Notes: generated by a model not told the origin, from the sequence alone. A DNA stretch of 64,000 nucleotides from Eledone cirrhosa (GCA_964016885.1 OZ024741.1:375596001-375660000), one strand, 5' to 3'; shown: positions 28,304 through 41,482, counted from the first letter of the stretch. Numbers and translations: made by a program.

Positions 28304-29757
28304 AACAAACATTAAATGATGTTGATGATGCAGATAATATATATATATAGGTATATACATATATTCATATATATATATTCATCATCATCATCATTGTTGT
28401 ACACTTATTTTTCATGCCTGCTTGTGTTAGATGGGTTGTCATATTCTGAGGCATGGCAGGTCAGATGACTATGTCTCATTCACACCTTTAATTCTAACAT
28501 GGTTTCTATTGCTCTGTGCCCTTCCTAACACCAGCCATTTACAGTGTGACCCAGGGGAATTTTGTCATGGCACAAATACTACCACCTGACAAGGTGAATT
28601 GGGTGTTTTTTATCATGGTACCAGCACTACCACTTTACAGTGAGGGCTGAGTGCATTTTCTACCATTTTCTATACTGTGGTATTTGTTGCATCATTGGCC
28701 AGACTGGAAAGGCAGTTATAAGAGTTGGGCAGAGTAGTGAGCTTCCATCATCATTTTATGTAAGAACCTTTGCTATATTCCAACATCAGCTTATAGTAAG
28801 AAGGTTAATCATATTGCTAAATCCCTTCTTTATTATTTTCTAAATTGTTTAAATGTGATGTGGTGTATTTCATCAGAAATATGATAACAAAAGAGTTAAA
28901 TTAACAAAATTATTAGATAAAACTATGTAAAATTGATAGGTAAACTCATTAGTAATATAGTGTGTATAGGGTGGGGGTGAAGATGTGTGGCTAAGTGGTT
29001 AGAGCATTGGATTCACAATCATGAGGTTGTGAGTTTAATTCCCAGACTGGGCGATGCATTGTGTCCCTGAGCAAGATATTTTATTTCATGTTGCTCCAGT
29101 TCACTTAGCTGGAGAAAAGAGTTTCTATGTTACTGGTACCAAGCCATATTGGCTTTTGCCTTTCCCTTGGATAACAGTGATGATATAGCAAGGGAAGACA
29201 AGCATGCATGGGCAACTGTTGGACTTCCACCAAAACGCCTTGCTTGGGCTTGTGCCTTAGAGGGTAACTTTCTAGGTGCCGAATTCATAGTCATTCATGC
29301 CCCAAAGGGATTTTTTACCCTTTATTTATGTACACACACACACCACACACACACATATATATCATCATAATCATCATCATCATCACCGTTTAATGGCCAT
29401 TTTTCCACACTAACATGGGTTAGACGAGTTGTCCCATTTTGAACCAAGCCAGATCAGATGAGTGTGTTTTGCTCATACAGGACAGATTTTGGCTTAGTTT
29501 CTATGGCTGGATGCTCTTCCTGACACCAATCTCATTTATAGAGTGAACTGGGTGGTTTTTATCATGACACCTACATGATCACTTTGCAGTATGGTCCGGG
29601 TGCTTTTTATCATGGCACCTACACAATCACTTTACAGTGTGGACTGGGTACTTTTTGTCATGACACCAAAAACGACCACTTTACAATAAGAACTAGTGGC
29701 TGGGGTGCAAGGGGGTTGGAGAGGTAGATATAGCGTGGGAGACTTATCAGGTATACA

Positions 29758-29796
<39 letters not shown>

Positions 29797-30981
29797 CAAC
29801 ACAAAAGCCTCATTCTAAAATGTTCACTTTCTAAAATGGCTGGCATTATGGTATATCATCATAATCATCAGTAATATCACTACTCAAGTGAAACTACTGA
29901 CTTCTCAGACGGACTGGGGTTCTGCATCTCCCTTACTTATGATCCTGTGTTCTATCAAGTGCATTTTATTGTGTAGCAGCACTATGAGGTTGTCATGTCT
30001 TTGACATAGCTGAAGAGTCCTCCTGACCCTTTTATTTTTGCAGGTTTTTCTATAGTTGGATGCCCTTCCTGTCATCAATCAATTTACAAGATGTATTGGC
30101 TGTGTTTTTCTTCCTGAAAAACACAGCCACTAAGGAGGTTTTTGTGTTTTTGATGCAAATGAAAAGTTCTTCCAACCCTTTCATTAGCAAGCTTTTCATA
30201 GCTGGATGTTTTTCCTATCACCAACTATTTTACAGGGTGTACTGGGTGCAATTATTGATTATAGATATATATATATAAACACACACTCACAGTTCATCCT
30301 ATAAGGTGGTAGCACTGGAGTCAAAATGCTTCCAGTACATGCTGTAAAACGGTTGGTTTTAGGAAGAGCAACCAGCTATAGAAACCAAGCCAAATATGGA
30401 CAACTTGTCTAACATATAAAATCATGGAAGGCTAGCATGGGTTAGACAGTTTTGTTCCATTTGATGTGGGATTGGTCGGAAGACCATGTCTTGCTCATAC
30501 GGAACTGTCTCTGGCAGATTTTCTATGGCTGGATGCCCTTCCTAACACCAATCACATTTACAGTGTGGACTGGCAGCCTTTTTCCCATATCTCCTACAAG
30601 ACCACTTTACAGTGTCGAATATATATATATATATATATATGCATGTATATCGTGAGTTAAATGATGTATATATATATAAAAATAGTCGTTTTGGAAGCCT
30701 CAACAATGCAAATGGGTAAATCTCCCGGTAACAGAATCAGGTGGTAATGAGAGAGAGATGTAAAAGGAAGTGAAGAAAGGGACGTAGAGAGCATAAAAGA
30801 ATGAAGGAAAAGTGTAAAATATAATAACACGAGATTGGAAGTGATTTAATAGTCCCTATATTTTGGATTTCACATCCATCAACTGGGGATTTTCTGAGGG
30901 GAAAAATGTGTCGGAGAAGGACAACATGTGGCCTCCGCTGTTTACCATGGGATAGACATATATACATGTTTAACTTGGGAT

Positions 30982-31031
<50 letters not shown>

Positions 31032-31184
31032 TTTACGTATCGAGAAAGAGAAAAAAAGGGGCGATAGGTGATACATATAGTTATTTGCCAAGTAGCGTAT
31101 GCCAAGGGTGCTTGATACTAGTGCCGGCAGTATTAAATATTCGAAGTGTTAATATTTAGTGGGCTAGAGAGTTAGAGCGTAAGC

Positions 31185-31440
31185 ACGTGGGAAAGTAAAA
31201 AATCGGAGAATAGACCGTTAAAACATGTTTATTTAAAACAGCACCTACGTACGTTTCGCCCAGTTGGGCTTCTCAAGGGCATAAATAATCACAAGTCTTC
31301 CTTATATTGCTCGAGCAATATAAGGAACACTTGTGATTATTTATGCCCTTGAGAAGCCCAACTGGGCGAAACGTACGTAGGTGCTGTTTTAAATAAACAT
31401 GTTTTAACGGTCTATTCTCCGATTTTTTACTTTCCCACGT
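31185..31440. repeat. 256-bp spacerless palindrome centred on CTCGAG
   Basis: 128-bp arms, one mismatch seen, centre at 31312/31313. Confidence 0.97.
31345..31384 (+). ncRNA. Hammerhead motif, U3-A8 core variant (mirror copy on minus strand at 31241-31280)
   Basis: TTGAGAA-GCCCA-AC-TGGGC-GAAA-C-GTAC-G-TA-GG: compensatory U3/A8 core, perfect stem II, palindromic GTAC loop, GUA site; stem I short; AATAAA at 31392-31397. Confidence 0.72.
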
Positions 31441-31476
31441 ATATATATATATATATATACATATAAATATATTATT

Positions 31477-32280
31477 GAATAAAGCGACAGGAGGCCGGAA
31501 AGTTGAAATTCTGTGTTCACCATGTTTCCTTTATAATTGTTATGCAAAGCACCTGATGATGTCACTGGAGTCTTACTGCTCATTGACATCTATTAGTGCC
31601 TGCAGAATAAAACTTTAAAGGAATTTCAACTTTCCGGCCTCCTGTCGTTTTATTCTCAAATGTTTAACTCCGTCCACGCACTACCAACAGAATTTTACAC
31701 CAAAGATAATTGAGTTGTATCACGTTGAGTGCTTTCATACTATTGCATTATGGTTAACTACACAGAATTAAAAGTTCTATCCAGCGGTGAACCACCAACT
31801 TCAATGAATATATATATATATATATATATATATTTATTCAGGTTTGAGGTTCACCACTGTATAGAGCTGGTCTATTCCGTATGGTCAATCGTAATGCAAT
31901 AATATAGAGAGTACTCAACGTAAAGCAGTTCAACCGTCTTTGTTTTTGTAGTTGGTGGTGCTAGTACAGAGTTAAATATTATAATGAAATGACAGGAGGC
32001 TGGATTTGTGTAAATCCTTGAAAGGTTTATTATACTATGATCATTTCAATGACCGGGTTCCCAGGGCGACCGGCTGAGGTTGAAGGAACAGAATAGCGGT
32101 CGCCCTCGGGTCGCCCTCGGGTCTCGATTTTCAGCCCCATGGATTTTACCTATTACATTCATGTATTATATTTCGAATACCTGATGATATCACCGGATTC
32201 ATACGGAACCCGGTCATTGAAATGATCATAGTATAATAAACCTTTCAAGGATTTACACAAATCCAGCCTCCTGTCATTTC

Positions 32281-32286
<6 letters not shown>
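31477..32286. repeat. Nested inverted repeats from two diverged copies of one hammerhead-bearing mini-element meeting at (TA)n
   Basis: IR 31477-31511 with 31621-31655; diverged IR 31640-31808 with 31834-32000 around (TA)n; perfect ~82-bp IR 31980-32061 with 32205-32286. Both copies carry ACCTGATGATRTCACYGGA. Confidence 0.88.
32177..32234 (+). ncRNA. Minimal hammerhead ribozyme motif
   Basis: ATAC-CTGATGA-TATCACCGGATTC-ATACG-GAACCCGGTCATT-GAAA-TGATCA-TA-GTAT, then AATAAA. Stem II closing pair is non-canonical. Confidence 0.75.
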
Positions 32287-32355
<69 letters not shown>

Positions 32356-32403
32356 CAGGAAAGAAGGTTTACATGGTTTGCTATACAAAAAAGTTTTTAA
32401 TCA

Positions 32404-32516
32404 CATAGCTTACATTTGTTTCACTGAACTGGTATGTCTAGAGATCGCTATCCGCTTAATTTTGCGTCATTCGATCGCCAATACAGAATTATAACCAGTC
32501 AGATCTTCGGAGCATG
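32404..32516 (-). ncRNA. Hammerhead-like motif with very long stem II
   Basis: CATGCT-CCGAAGA-TCTGACTGGT...(~85 nt domain)...ACCAGTTCAGT-GAAA-C-AAAT-G-TA-AGCTATG; core U4 replaced by C. Confidence 0.6.
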
Positions 32517-32731
32517 CGAGAATGAAGAAAATACACAGGCAAGAAAAGAAAAGAAAATATGGAGTAGTTATGGCATTCAATTAGAACAATAACAACAACA
32601 ATTATTACAACAATGCTATCAATAAACTATTTAAGGAGACCCTGACATTACTTAGGTGGGGGGTATATAATGTATCTAATGTTACTGCGTGAATCCTAAG
32701 TGGACTGCATTTAACTATTATTTGTTAATCC

Positions 32732-32780
<49 letters not shown>

Positions 32781-32922
32781 TCATCATCATCATTTTACAT
32801 CCGCTTTTCCCTGCTTGCAAGGGTGGGACACACATATATATATATATATGTGTGTCAATAAAGTTTTATTGATAAAACAAAACAAAAACATATAGTTTTC
32901 TTATTTTCTATTCCTCTTTCAG

Positions 32923-33058
32923 TCAGTATATCCGGCAAAAACAGTAAACAATCTTACCCACAAAGAATGGCCCCAGAACACTTCTGGTATCAGCAATGAA
33001 ACAAAGACACCTCGACGGCCACGCAAATTACCTGAAACTCCAAAGACTAAAAGTAAAT
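32923..33058 (+). CDS. MAPK8IP1: JIP1/Aplip1 ortholog, internal exon B (basic RRPRKLPETPK motif)
   Basis: Pyrimidine tract and TTTCAG acceptor; phase 0 matches exon A. Encodes SVYPAKTVNNLTHKEWPQNTSGISNETKTPRRPRKLPETPKTKSK, resembling fly Aplip1 RRRRKLPEIPKNKK. Donor GTAAGT at 33059, phase 1. Not in the ORF track. Confidence 0.85.
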
Positions 33059-34611
33059 GTAAGTTTTTGCAATTTATTCTACTTTTACAATTCTAACTTT
33101 TCATAAACATGATGAATGGACCCCCTACTTGGTCACATGATCTGCTAGAAATAGTGCTAAAAGTATCCCTTAAATCACATCCTACTATCCTAAGGAAAAA
33201 GGAGGACACGGTGGATAATGTAAGCCAACATAGAGTTGCCGTTGTCATCATCATCATCATCATCATCATCATCACCAGCATCATCAGCATCATTTTACTG
33301 TCCGCTTTTCATGCTAGCAAGGGTTGGATGGGTCTACATTGACTAAGTTAGTACTGAAGCCAGGCTATTGATCTAGACAAGCCAGGGATCTGCATCTCAC
33401 TTATGAACAGTCGCATGTTCTACCAAGACCATAGAAGAGGTTGTCGTGTCTTTGACACAATTGAGCATCTCCCCAACTTTTGGTTTGGCAAGCTTTCTAT
33501 GTCTGGATGTCAACCACTTTACAGCATGTACTGGGTGCATTTATCATGTAGGTCACCAACACTAAGGAGACTATCATGTCCTATCACCAACAACTTTACA
33601 GCATGTACCTCTTGCATTTTTAAACTGTCTAGTTAGGAAAGGAAGAGTAGTTGCTGTGACTCTATTAAGGGCCACTAAAAATATTGGTAAGGAGGGAAGA
33701 AGGGATGGAGGAAGGTATCCTTAAACTAGAGACGTAGCCTGAATGCTTTCACTAGAGTTGACTCTTCGAAAAGTTGTGTGGTGGTGTTAAACAGGGTGAG
33801 AGATTAAGTACAGCACCCAATACTTAGGTGGAAAAGTCAACACTGGAAAGCTTTTAATTATAAGTCTGCTCTATCAGGGCTGACCTAGGAATAAACAACA
33901 ACAACAGCAATTACAACAAGAAAAACAACAACTAAAACAAAACAACAGCAACAGTACAATAACAACAAGAATAACAACAAAAACAACAATAGTAGCAACT
34001 ACAAAAACAGCAACAACAATATCAACAAAAACAACAACAGTGGCAGCAACTACAACAGCATCAGCAAGTACAACAATAAAAACAACTACTATAACGGCAA
34101 CTACAACAACAGAAAACAACAACAGCAATGACAAAGAACATCAATAACAGCCTGATGAGTCAAAATTCTAGGGTGTGGCAAGTGTGTCTGAGAGAAGTAA
34201 ATTAAAAGGAATGTTATTTTTCCTAAGAGTATGACATAATGTCTTCTGATTTAGGCATAAGGCCAGCAATTTGGGAGGTGGGGAGAACAGTTGATTACAT
34301 GTATTGCTGTATATGACTAGTATTAGATTTTATTGGCTCTGGAAGGATGAATGACAAAGTTATGACATTAATGATATAATGGTTTTGATTTAGGCACAAG
34401 GCCAGCAATATTATGGGAGGGGGAAAGTTGATTAAATTGACCCCAGTGCATTACTGGTTCTTTATTTTATCGACCCCGTAAGGATGAAAGGCAAAGCTAA
34501 CCTCAGCGGGATTTGAATTCAGAATGTAAAGGGATGTAACTATGCTGTGAAGCATGGTGTCTGATGCTCCCTGATACTGCCAATCCACTGCCCATTTATG
34601 ATATAATGATA

Positions 34612-34905
34612 CATCATCATCATCATCATCATTTAACTTCCATTTCCTCACACTAGCATGGGTTAGACAAATTGTCCCATTGTGAGACAAGTCAGGTCAG
34701 GTGACTATGTCTTGCTCATACAGAACTGATTTTGGCTTGGTTTCTATGCCTGGATGCCCTTCCTAACGCCAACCACATTTACAGTGTGGACTGGGTGATT
34801 TTTATTGTGGCACCTAAACGACCACTTTCCAGTGGGGCCCGGGCACTTTTTGTTGTGTAACCAACATGACCACTTTACAGTGTCGACTGGGTGCTTTTTG
34901 TGACC
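34612..34905 (-). mobile_element. RTE 3'-UTR-related short element with (ATG)n tail
   Basis: Matches 56577-56850 (CTAGCATGGGTTAGAC, CTGGATGCCCTTCCTAAC). Other copies near 12490(+), 14683, 15590, 28380, 29365, 30430, 47930(+) and 55960(+). Confidence 0.75.
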
Positions 34906-35511
34906 ATATTTCTTATGAAATACTGTATTTTAATTAATTAATGAACAATTTGGAGGGATTTATTCAAATTATAAATTATTCAATTATTAAGATAGTGTTT
35001 ATAGCAACATAAGAGAGGATTTTTATATCAAATTATACAGGAAGATTTTAACTTAGGAACTATTTAAAATGAGTGGTTTTGTTTAATTGAATTAGTGGTG
35101 GTTTTGGTGGGTTTGTATCAAAACAGTTAAAATGCAAGCATAGATTGAATGATGTAATTCTAGACACAATTTGAAAAAAGATGGGATAGACATAGTTAGA
35201 ATACTTTTGATATAGGTCTTCTCTAATAGAGCTGACCTGAGGCTAAACAATGATTTCTAATTTTTGCAGTAAGGGAGCAGTTTAGAGGAAGGAAAAGTCA
35301 ACTGTATCAACTACAGTACTTGACTGGTACTTTGTTTTATAGACATTGAAATACAAAATTAACCTTGGTGGGATTTGAACTAAAAACTTGAAGTGCTGTA
35401 ACTAAATGCTGCAAAGTATTTTGCCTGTGCTCTAATGATTCTGCCAATTCACTGTGCTCCTAGGGCTAATTAATAACAATACTAATTAAAGGATATTAAT
35501 TGAATGAAAGG

Positions 35512-35721
35512 TAGATTGGCAGTATCAGTAGAGCATCGGACACCCTGCTTCGCAGTGTAGAGTTATGGCTCTTTACGTTCTGAGTTCAAATCCCGTCAAG
35601 GTTAGCTTTGCCTTTCATCCATAAGGCATCGATAAAATAAAGTACCAGTAATGCACTGGGGTCGATTTAATCAACTTTCCCCTCTCCCAAAATTACTGGC
35701 CTTGTGCCTATAGTAGAAATC
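35512..35721 (+). mobile_element. tRNA-derived SINE with Deu/Nin-like core (abundant family A)
   Basis: TGGCAG A-box, GAGTTCAAATCC B-box, core GCCTTTCATCC..GTCGATAAAATAAAGTACCAG; 17-bp TSD ATTAATTGAATGAAAGG. Other copies near 3800(-), 5010, 5610, 15190, 17645(-), 18404, 22670, 34380(-), 35250(-), 40640(-) and 48492. Confidence 0.88.
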
Positions 35722-37826
35722 ATTAATTGAATGAAAGGAGAAAACTCTGTATGGTCATTGGTCTCAGTAGAAATATCAATCAAATCTTCCTCAAATTTTT
35801 TAAGATCCTGCCTTTGGTCACAAATGAGCATGAGATTTGCACCTAGAAAGTGCCCTGAGGCACAAGTCCTGGCAAGTTTGTTTGACGAAAACCAGTAGTC
35901 ACCCATGCATACCAGTCATTTCTCTCCATGCCACCAATGTTGTCCAAGGGAATGGCAATGGCTGATACAGCTTGGCCCCAGTGATGCTGCAACTCATTTT
36001 TACAGCTGAGAGAACTGGGGCAACATAACATTAAGTGTTTTGCTCAAGGACACAATGTATCACCTGCTCTGGGAGTTTAACTCACAACTCACGATTGTAA
36101 ACCCAATGCTCTAATCACTAGGCCATGCACATTCACTCTACCATAATGGAAAGGAGAAATTGGATACTATAATCTTAGATACATTATGTTTGAGATAGTA
36201 AAGCTTGGATAGTTATAGCTAGAGTCTGTCTGTTCCAAAGCCTGCTCAATCAGTGTTTATCTGAGGTTAAACAATGATAACATTAATAAATACAAACATC
36301 TCTCTACATGGTAAAATGTAGACTAAATTGTATGGAGAGATTTTGGCTAATCCAATAGACCACCAGATTCCTAAGATTCCAGATTTTTTATATCAACACT
36401 GTGAAGACCAGCTCTGATTCTATGAAACAAAACCACTCATTTCAATGGTTCCTATTTAAATAAAAATCTTCTAACATAATATTACATAAGAACTATATGT
36501 TTGTTACTATCTAAGTAATGAAATAATTAAGCATTTTAGCAAATCTCTCAAAATTCTTTGTTAATTAATTAGAATAGATTGTATTTCATTAGAATTTTGG
36601 TTACAAAAGGGTTAAACTATATGAAGGATGAAATGTAATGCTACTTGCTAGCGAGACATGGATATTAAATGTAGGATATGTACAATAACTGGAGATAAAT
36701 GAGTCAACTATAATCCTTTGGATGTGTAATGATTAATGTTAACCTGCATTAAGAATTACAACACTGATAAGGTGGAGGAGTGAATTTTCATTAAAACCAT
36801 CAGATGACTTGTGAAGTAGAAACAACTACACTGGTAAGGATATGTGATATGTAATATTATAATTATTTAGCTCCCAGGTCAGCCCTCATTGAACAGACCT
36901 ATCATCAAAGATGATTTAGCCATGATCATTCTGTCTTCTTTTCAAACATAGTATATCTAGTATTACATTATCTAATATGTTCTATCTTTTTTTAAGTTGA
37001 TTGGATTTGATTTGAAGGAGGCTAGGCTGCTTTTGCTAGCAGGCCATACTATGGCCATAATATGGCCATAGTATGGCCATATTATGGACATGTGACATGT
37101 TATTGTTGTTGTTTAGCCCCCAGCTCAGCCTTGATTGAGCAGACTTATGGTTGAAGCTGGAGCTGTAACCATCTTGTCTTCTTTTCAAACATAGTGTATC
37201 TATGAATACAATATCTGACATGTACTTCCTTCTTTAACATGGTTGTGTTTGATTTCAGGGAGATGCTTTAACAGCTTTTCTAGCAAGTAAATTGACAGGG
37301 TAAATGTTCCTTTGTTGATTTGTGATATAGATATGTGATGTACTTACAATGGTAGGTTCTCATCACAGTGAAAGACTGAGGTGGTACTAAACTAACTACT
37401 TCTAAATCCATCCATTTCTTTGTGGTGACATAATAAAACGTCTATATCTCACATGATCAAGCATTAACTGTCTCAATTCTTCACTGGATAATTCTGTATC
37501 TTCCTCAATGATTCTCTTTAATGTCTTGAGAGGTCTTCTGCACTTGCATTTCACATTAGTGGACTCCCATAGTAAAGGTTTTGTGGCAGGTTTTTTGAGA
37601 AGGTATTGGGATTTAATCTTAGTGATGTTGGGTTATATGGATATGATTCATGTAAGATTAAGACTAGAGATGTTAATGTGAAAATTGCAGCCTTCAAACT
37701 GAGTGTAGCTTGTTTGCCTTTCTGAATGGTATGTCTAATGACAAATTACCTTAGATGAGCTATATCACCTGTGGTTCATTGCCCACAAAAACGTTGCCCA
37801 TGCTTATTCTTGAGCAAAAGTAAGTA

Positions 37827-38176
37827 TAATAAAACCTCAGTTCGTGAATGCCTCTCATCACGAACAAATTGGTTTATGAACAATTTTTCAGAACATAAAA
37901 TGTTTTGGTTCACAAACGGTGTCTTGAGTAATGAATGCACAATTCAGCAACAAGAGTTGGCAACAAGCTTGGAATATCGGCAGGAAAGCATGACTTGCTG
38001 TGTAGTTAGTTACTATGGCGATATCTATCTGTCTTTCATACACAGTCTCTCTCTCTCTCTCTCACTGTATTTATCTCTCAATATTTTGTATGGGAAAAAT
38101 AGTTTCAGTTTACAAACATTTCAGGTGACGAAAGGCCTTCCGGAATGAATTAAGTTTGTGAACCAGGGTTCCACTG
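37827..38176. mobile_element. Tigger-like MITE
   Basis: Degenerate TIRs AAAACCTCAGTTCGTGAA and TTTGTGAACCAGGGTTCCACTG with TA flanks. Confidence 0.65.
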
Positions 38177-38529
38177 TATATATCTCTAATGGATTGGTTA
38201 GGTGTGTCTGTGGAAGGACATTCTTATGCATGTGTTTGCACTGCACTGCCCACTGCTAATAGTAGTATTTTGAAGACATGGAAGTATAGACTCCCACACA
38301 TACAAATATACATGTACATATGTACACATGCACACATACATGGGCACATGCAAACACACAGACATAGACAAGTTGTTTTCTAATTTGCCAACTGATTGAA
38401 TACAAAAGATTTGTAGGTATATGAGAAGGGAAGGTGAGATAATCCAAATGTAATCATGTAATCTCGTTAAAGTAGTATTTCTTAATTGGTAATGAAATCA
38501 AGGTCAGTGTGCTGGCTCATGACTATTAT

Positions 38530-39281
38530 TCATAAAGAAAACAACACCATCATTGTTAGTTTTATCATCATCACCACCACCACTACTACCGCTATGATGA
38601 CCACCAACACCACCACCACTACTACCACTACCACCACTACCAACACCAGCACCACTACTACCACCACCAGTACCAACACCAACACCACTACTACCACTAC
38701 CACCACCACCACCACCAGTACCACTACCACTATCACCACTATTAACACCAACACCTCCACTGCCACAACCAACACCACCGTCACCACCATCAATATGACC
38801 ACCACTACCACCACCACCAGTACCACTACCACTATCACCACTATTACCACCAGCAGCAGCACCACCAACACCTCCACTGCCACAACCAACACCACCGTCA
38901 CCACCATCAATATGACCACCACTACCACCACTAGCACCATCGCCACTACTACCACAACCACCATCAACACTAGTACCACTAATACTATCACTGCTACTAC
39001 CACCACCAACACCACCACCACTACTACCACTACCTCCACCACCACTACTACTACTACCACCACCACCAACACCAACACCACTAGTACCACTATCACCACC
39101 ACCAACACCACCATTACTACTACCACTACCAGCACCAGTACCAGCACCAGCACCACCACTACTACCACCACCACTACCACTACCACCACCACCACAACTT
39201 TCACTACCACCACCAACACCACCATCATTACTACCACCACTAACACCACAACCAACACCACCATCACCACCACCACCACCC
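38530..39281. repeat. (ACC/ACT)n compound microsatellite
   Basis: Poly-Thr / poly-Val pseudo-ORFs; intronic, ending ~100 nt upstream of exon C. Confidence 0.9.
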
Positions 39282-39381
39282 TAACCATTAAGCCACGTGC
39301 CTTCACTATATGAAAATGTCATTCCAATTGGCTAAATTCTTGGTCATTATCAATGATTGTGTTTAGTTTCATGTTATCTAG

Positions 39382-39765
39382 ATGCTCCAGTGAATCCTGC
39401 ACCCCGAGAGAAGTCTCTGGCAGAAGAACTTCTGGAAGCCACACGGCAGAAGCTACCACTTCTCCGAGACATAGAAGTCGACAACGATGATGACAACATC
39501 AGCTGCACCTCTGGTGATGTAGAAGTCGACGATGATGATGATGTGTTCCTACCACCGACACAAAATGGAGCGAAATTCAAGGAAAAGTCTCAGGAAAATC
39601 TGTTTGATCGTCTCTTGTACTTTAACATTGCGTCGAGAAACACAAAAGCCTACATCCATTGTGATAACCCTTACATCATTGAAGATTCTTTCCCTGCTGA
39701 GAAAACTGGGGCCCGTGCCTCTAATGGCGGAGCGAGAGCATGCAGAACAACTTCTGACAGTGAAG
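39382..39765 (+). CDS. MAPK8IP1: JIP1/Aplip1 ortholog, internal exon C
   Basis: CTAG acceptor (39380-39381), phase 1 matching exon B. Encodes APVNPAPREKSLAEELLEAT...TTSDSE; SLAEEL resembles Aplip1 SLADEF, which follows the basic motif. Donor GAAG|GTAAT at 39765/39766, phase 1. Confidence 0.82.
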
Positions 39766-41403
39766 GTAATCTACTTTGTTAATCTAGTTTTAAATTTAAT
39801 TTTTTTTTTTTTTTTTTTCGGTAAAAGTGTTGAAAAGTGAATTTTTCATAGAAACTTGTTAGTTTTCTGTTCAGGTTGTGTATTTATTATTATTATTAAT
39901 ATTTTTTTGTTTTGTAATCTCTCAGTCAGAATACTTCTACTATGGACCTCTTAAAGAGAACATATATCTATGTTAAGTCTTATGGCACATTGCCAATATT
40001 TAAGAGCAAAGTTATAGAAAAATGCCATAATTAAAATTGGAACCAACAATAACTGGAATATAAAAAAAAACTAACTTAGATTTCTGAATTGCGAAAAAGA
40101 ACAAGTAAATTTTTAGATAAACATCAATTATTATTACAAACTGTTTTATTCTGATTAGTGTCCTCATCTGGGTTGTTATAAATTTCAGCGTTACACCCTC
40201 CATGGATTTGAATAAAGGGATTAGTTTAGTACATTTCTTCATAAATTTATTAAAAATTATTTCATTGTTTATTCAGAAACTCTTATATAAGTTTGTTATC
40301 ATTTTGCTTATATATATTGTATTCTATTACTATATTAGTAATACTAATAGTAATACAAACTAAATTTTTTTTAACCATGATTGTGCCCACCCTCCATTTA
40401 ACCTCCCATCAGTGATCAAGGCATATTGGATGCAGGAAGGAATTTTTATGATTTTTTGGCAAATATGGTAGTTCATAAGAATACATGCATATATGTATGG
40501 GCTCATAACTCCTGATGGAGTTGTAGGGACATCATTGTGATATACAGTGTGTCTTGGGTATCTTCAACATGGCAGAACTTATCCCCTCTCCAGGCCTGAA
40601 CACAGCAAACTTCTTTCAGAAAAGGAGAAAGAGTGAGAGAGATATAGAGGAAGAATCAACCCCAGTACTTGACTGGTACTATTTTATTGACCTCCAAAAG
40701 ATGAAAGACAAAGTTGACATCATCAAGGTTTGAACTTAGAGAGCACAGGAAGCATTCTAACTACTCTGCTAATTTGCTGCAGCAGTATGATTATATGAAT
40801 GTTTCAAAATAAATAGATCATTCACCCACCACTCCCACTTCCACTTGAATGGTCTATTTAAAAAAAAAAACACATTTTTTTCTTTTTTGAAGGTCTTTCA
40901 GATTTTTTTGTTTTGAACCTCAGAGATTCTGATAGTGCAAAATAATTTTCAATATTAATTTATTATTCCCCTTTTAACTGGCAACCTCTCTAGTGTGTGC
41001 TGTGGTAACATTCTGAGTTATAGTGAGATATAGAGTTGTTGGAGTACACTCCTTTGGTAGGGGTTCATATAAAGTGGTGAGGCAATATAGTGGGTCAGAG
41101 TGTTGGGTTAAGCAGTGAGGATAAATGTTGGGGTAAAGTGGTATGGCAAAGTGGTGTGTCAGAGTGTTGGGGCTAAGTGGTAGGGCTAATTGGGGAAGCT
41201 AAGTGGTGCAGCTAAGTGATGGGGTGCAGTACTATGGTAAAAGAGCTGGCATACAGTTGTACAACAGTAGTAGGGTATGAAGTAAATAGCTATATAGCTG
41301 TCTGATTGTTGGAATGTGTTAGATATCAGAGAGAGAAAGGAGAAAAGGAAGTATATATATATATATGAGTGTATATATACATATTCATACACATATATAT
41401 ACA

Positions 41404-41482
<79 letters not shown>

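Noticed and set aside
38486-39313. 275-aa poly-Thr mucin-like ORF just upstream of exon C
   Set aside because: Trinucleotide repeat in a different frame from exon C, ending in a stop; exon B joins exon C in phase without it.
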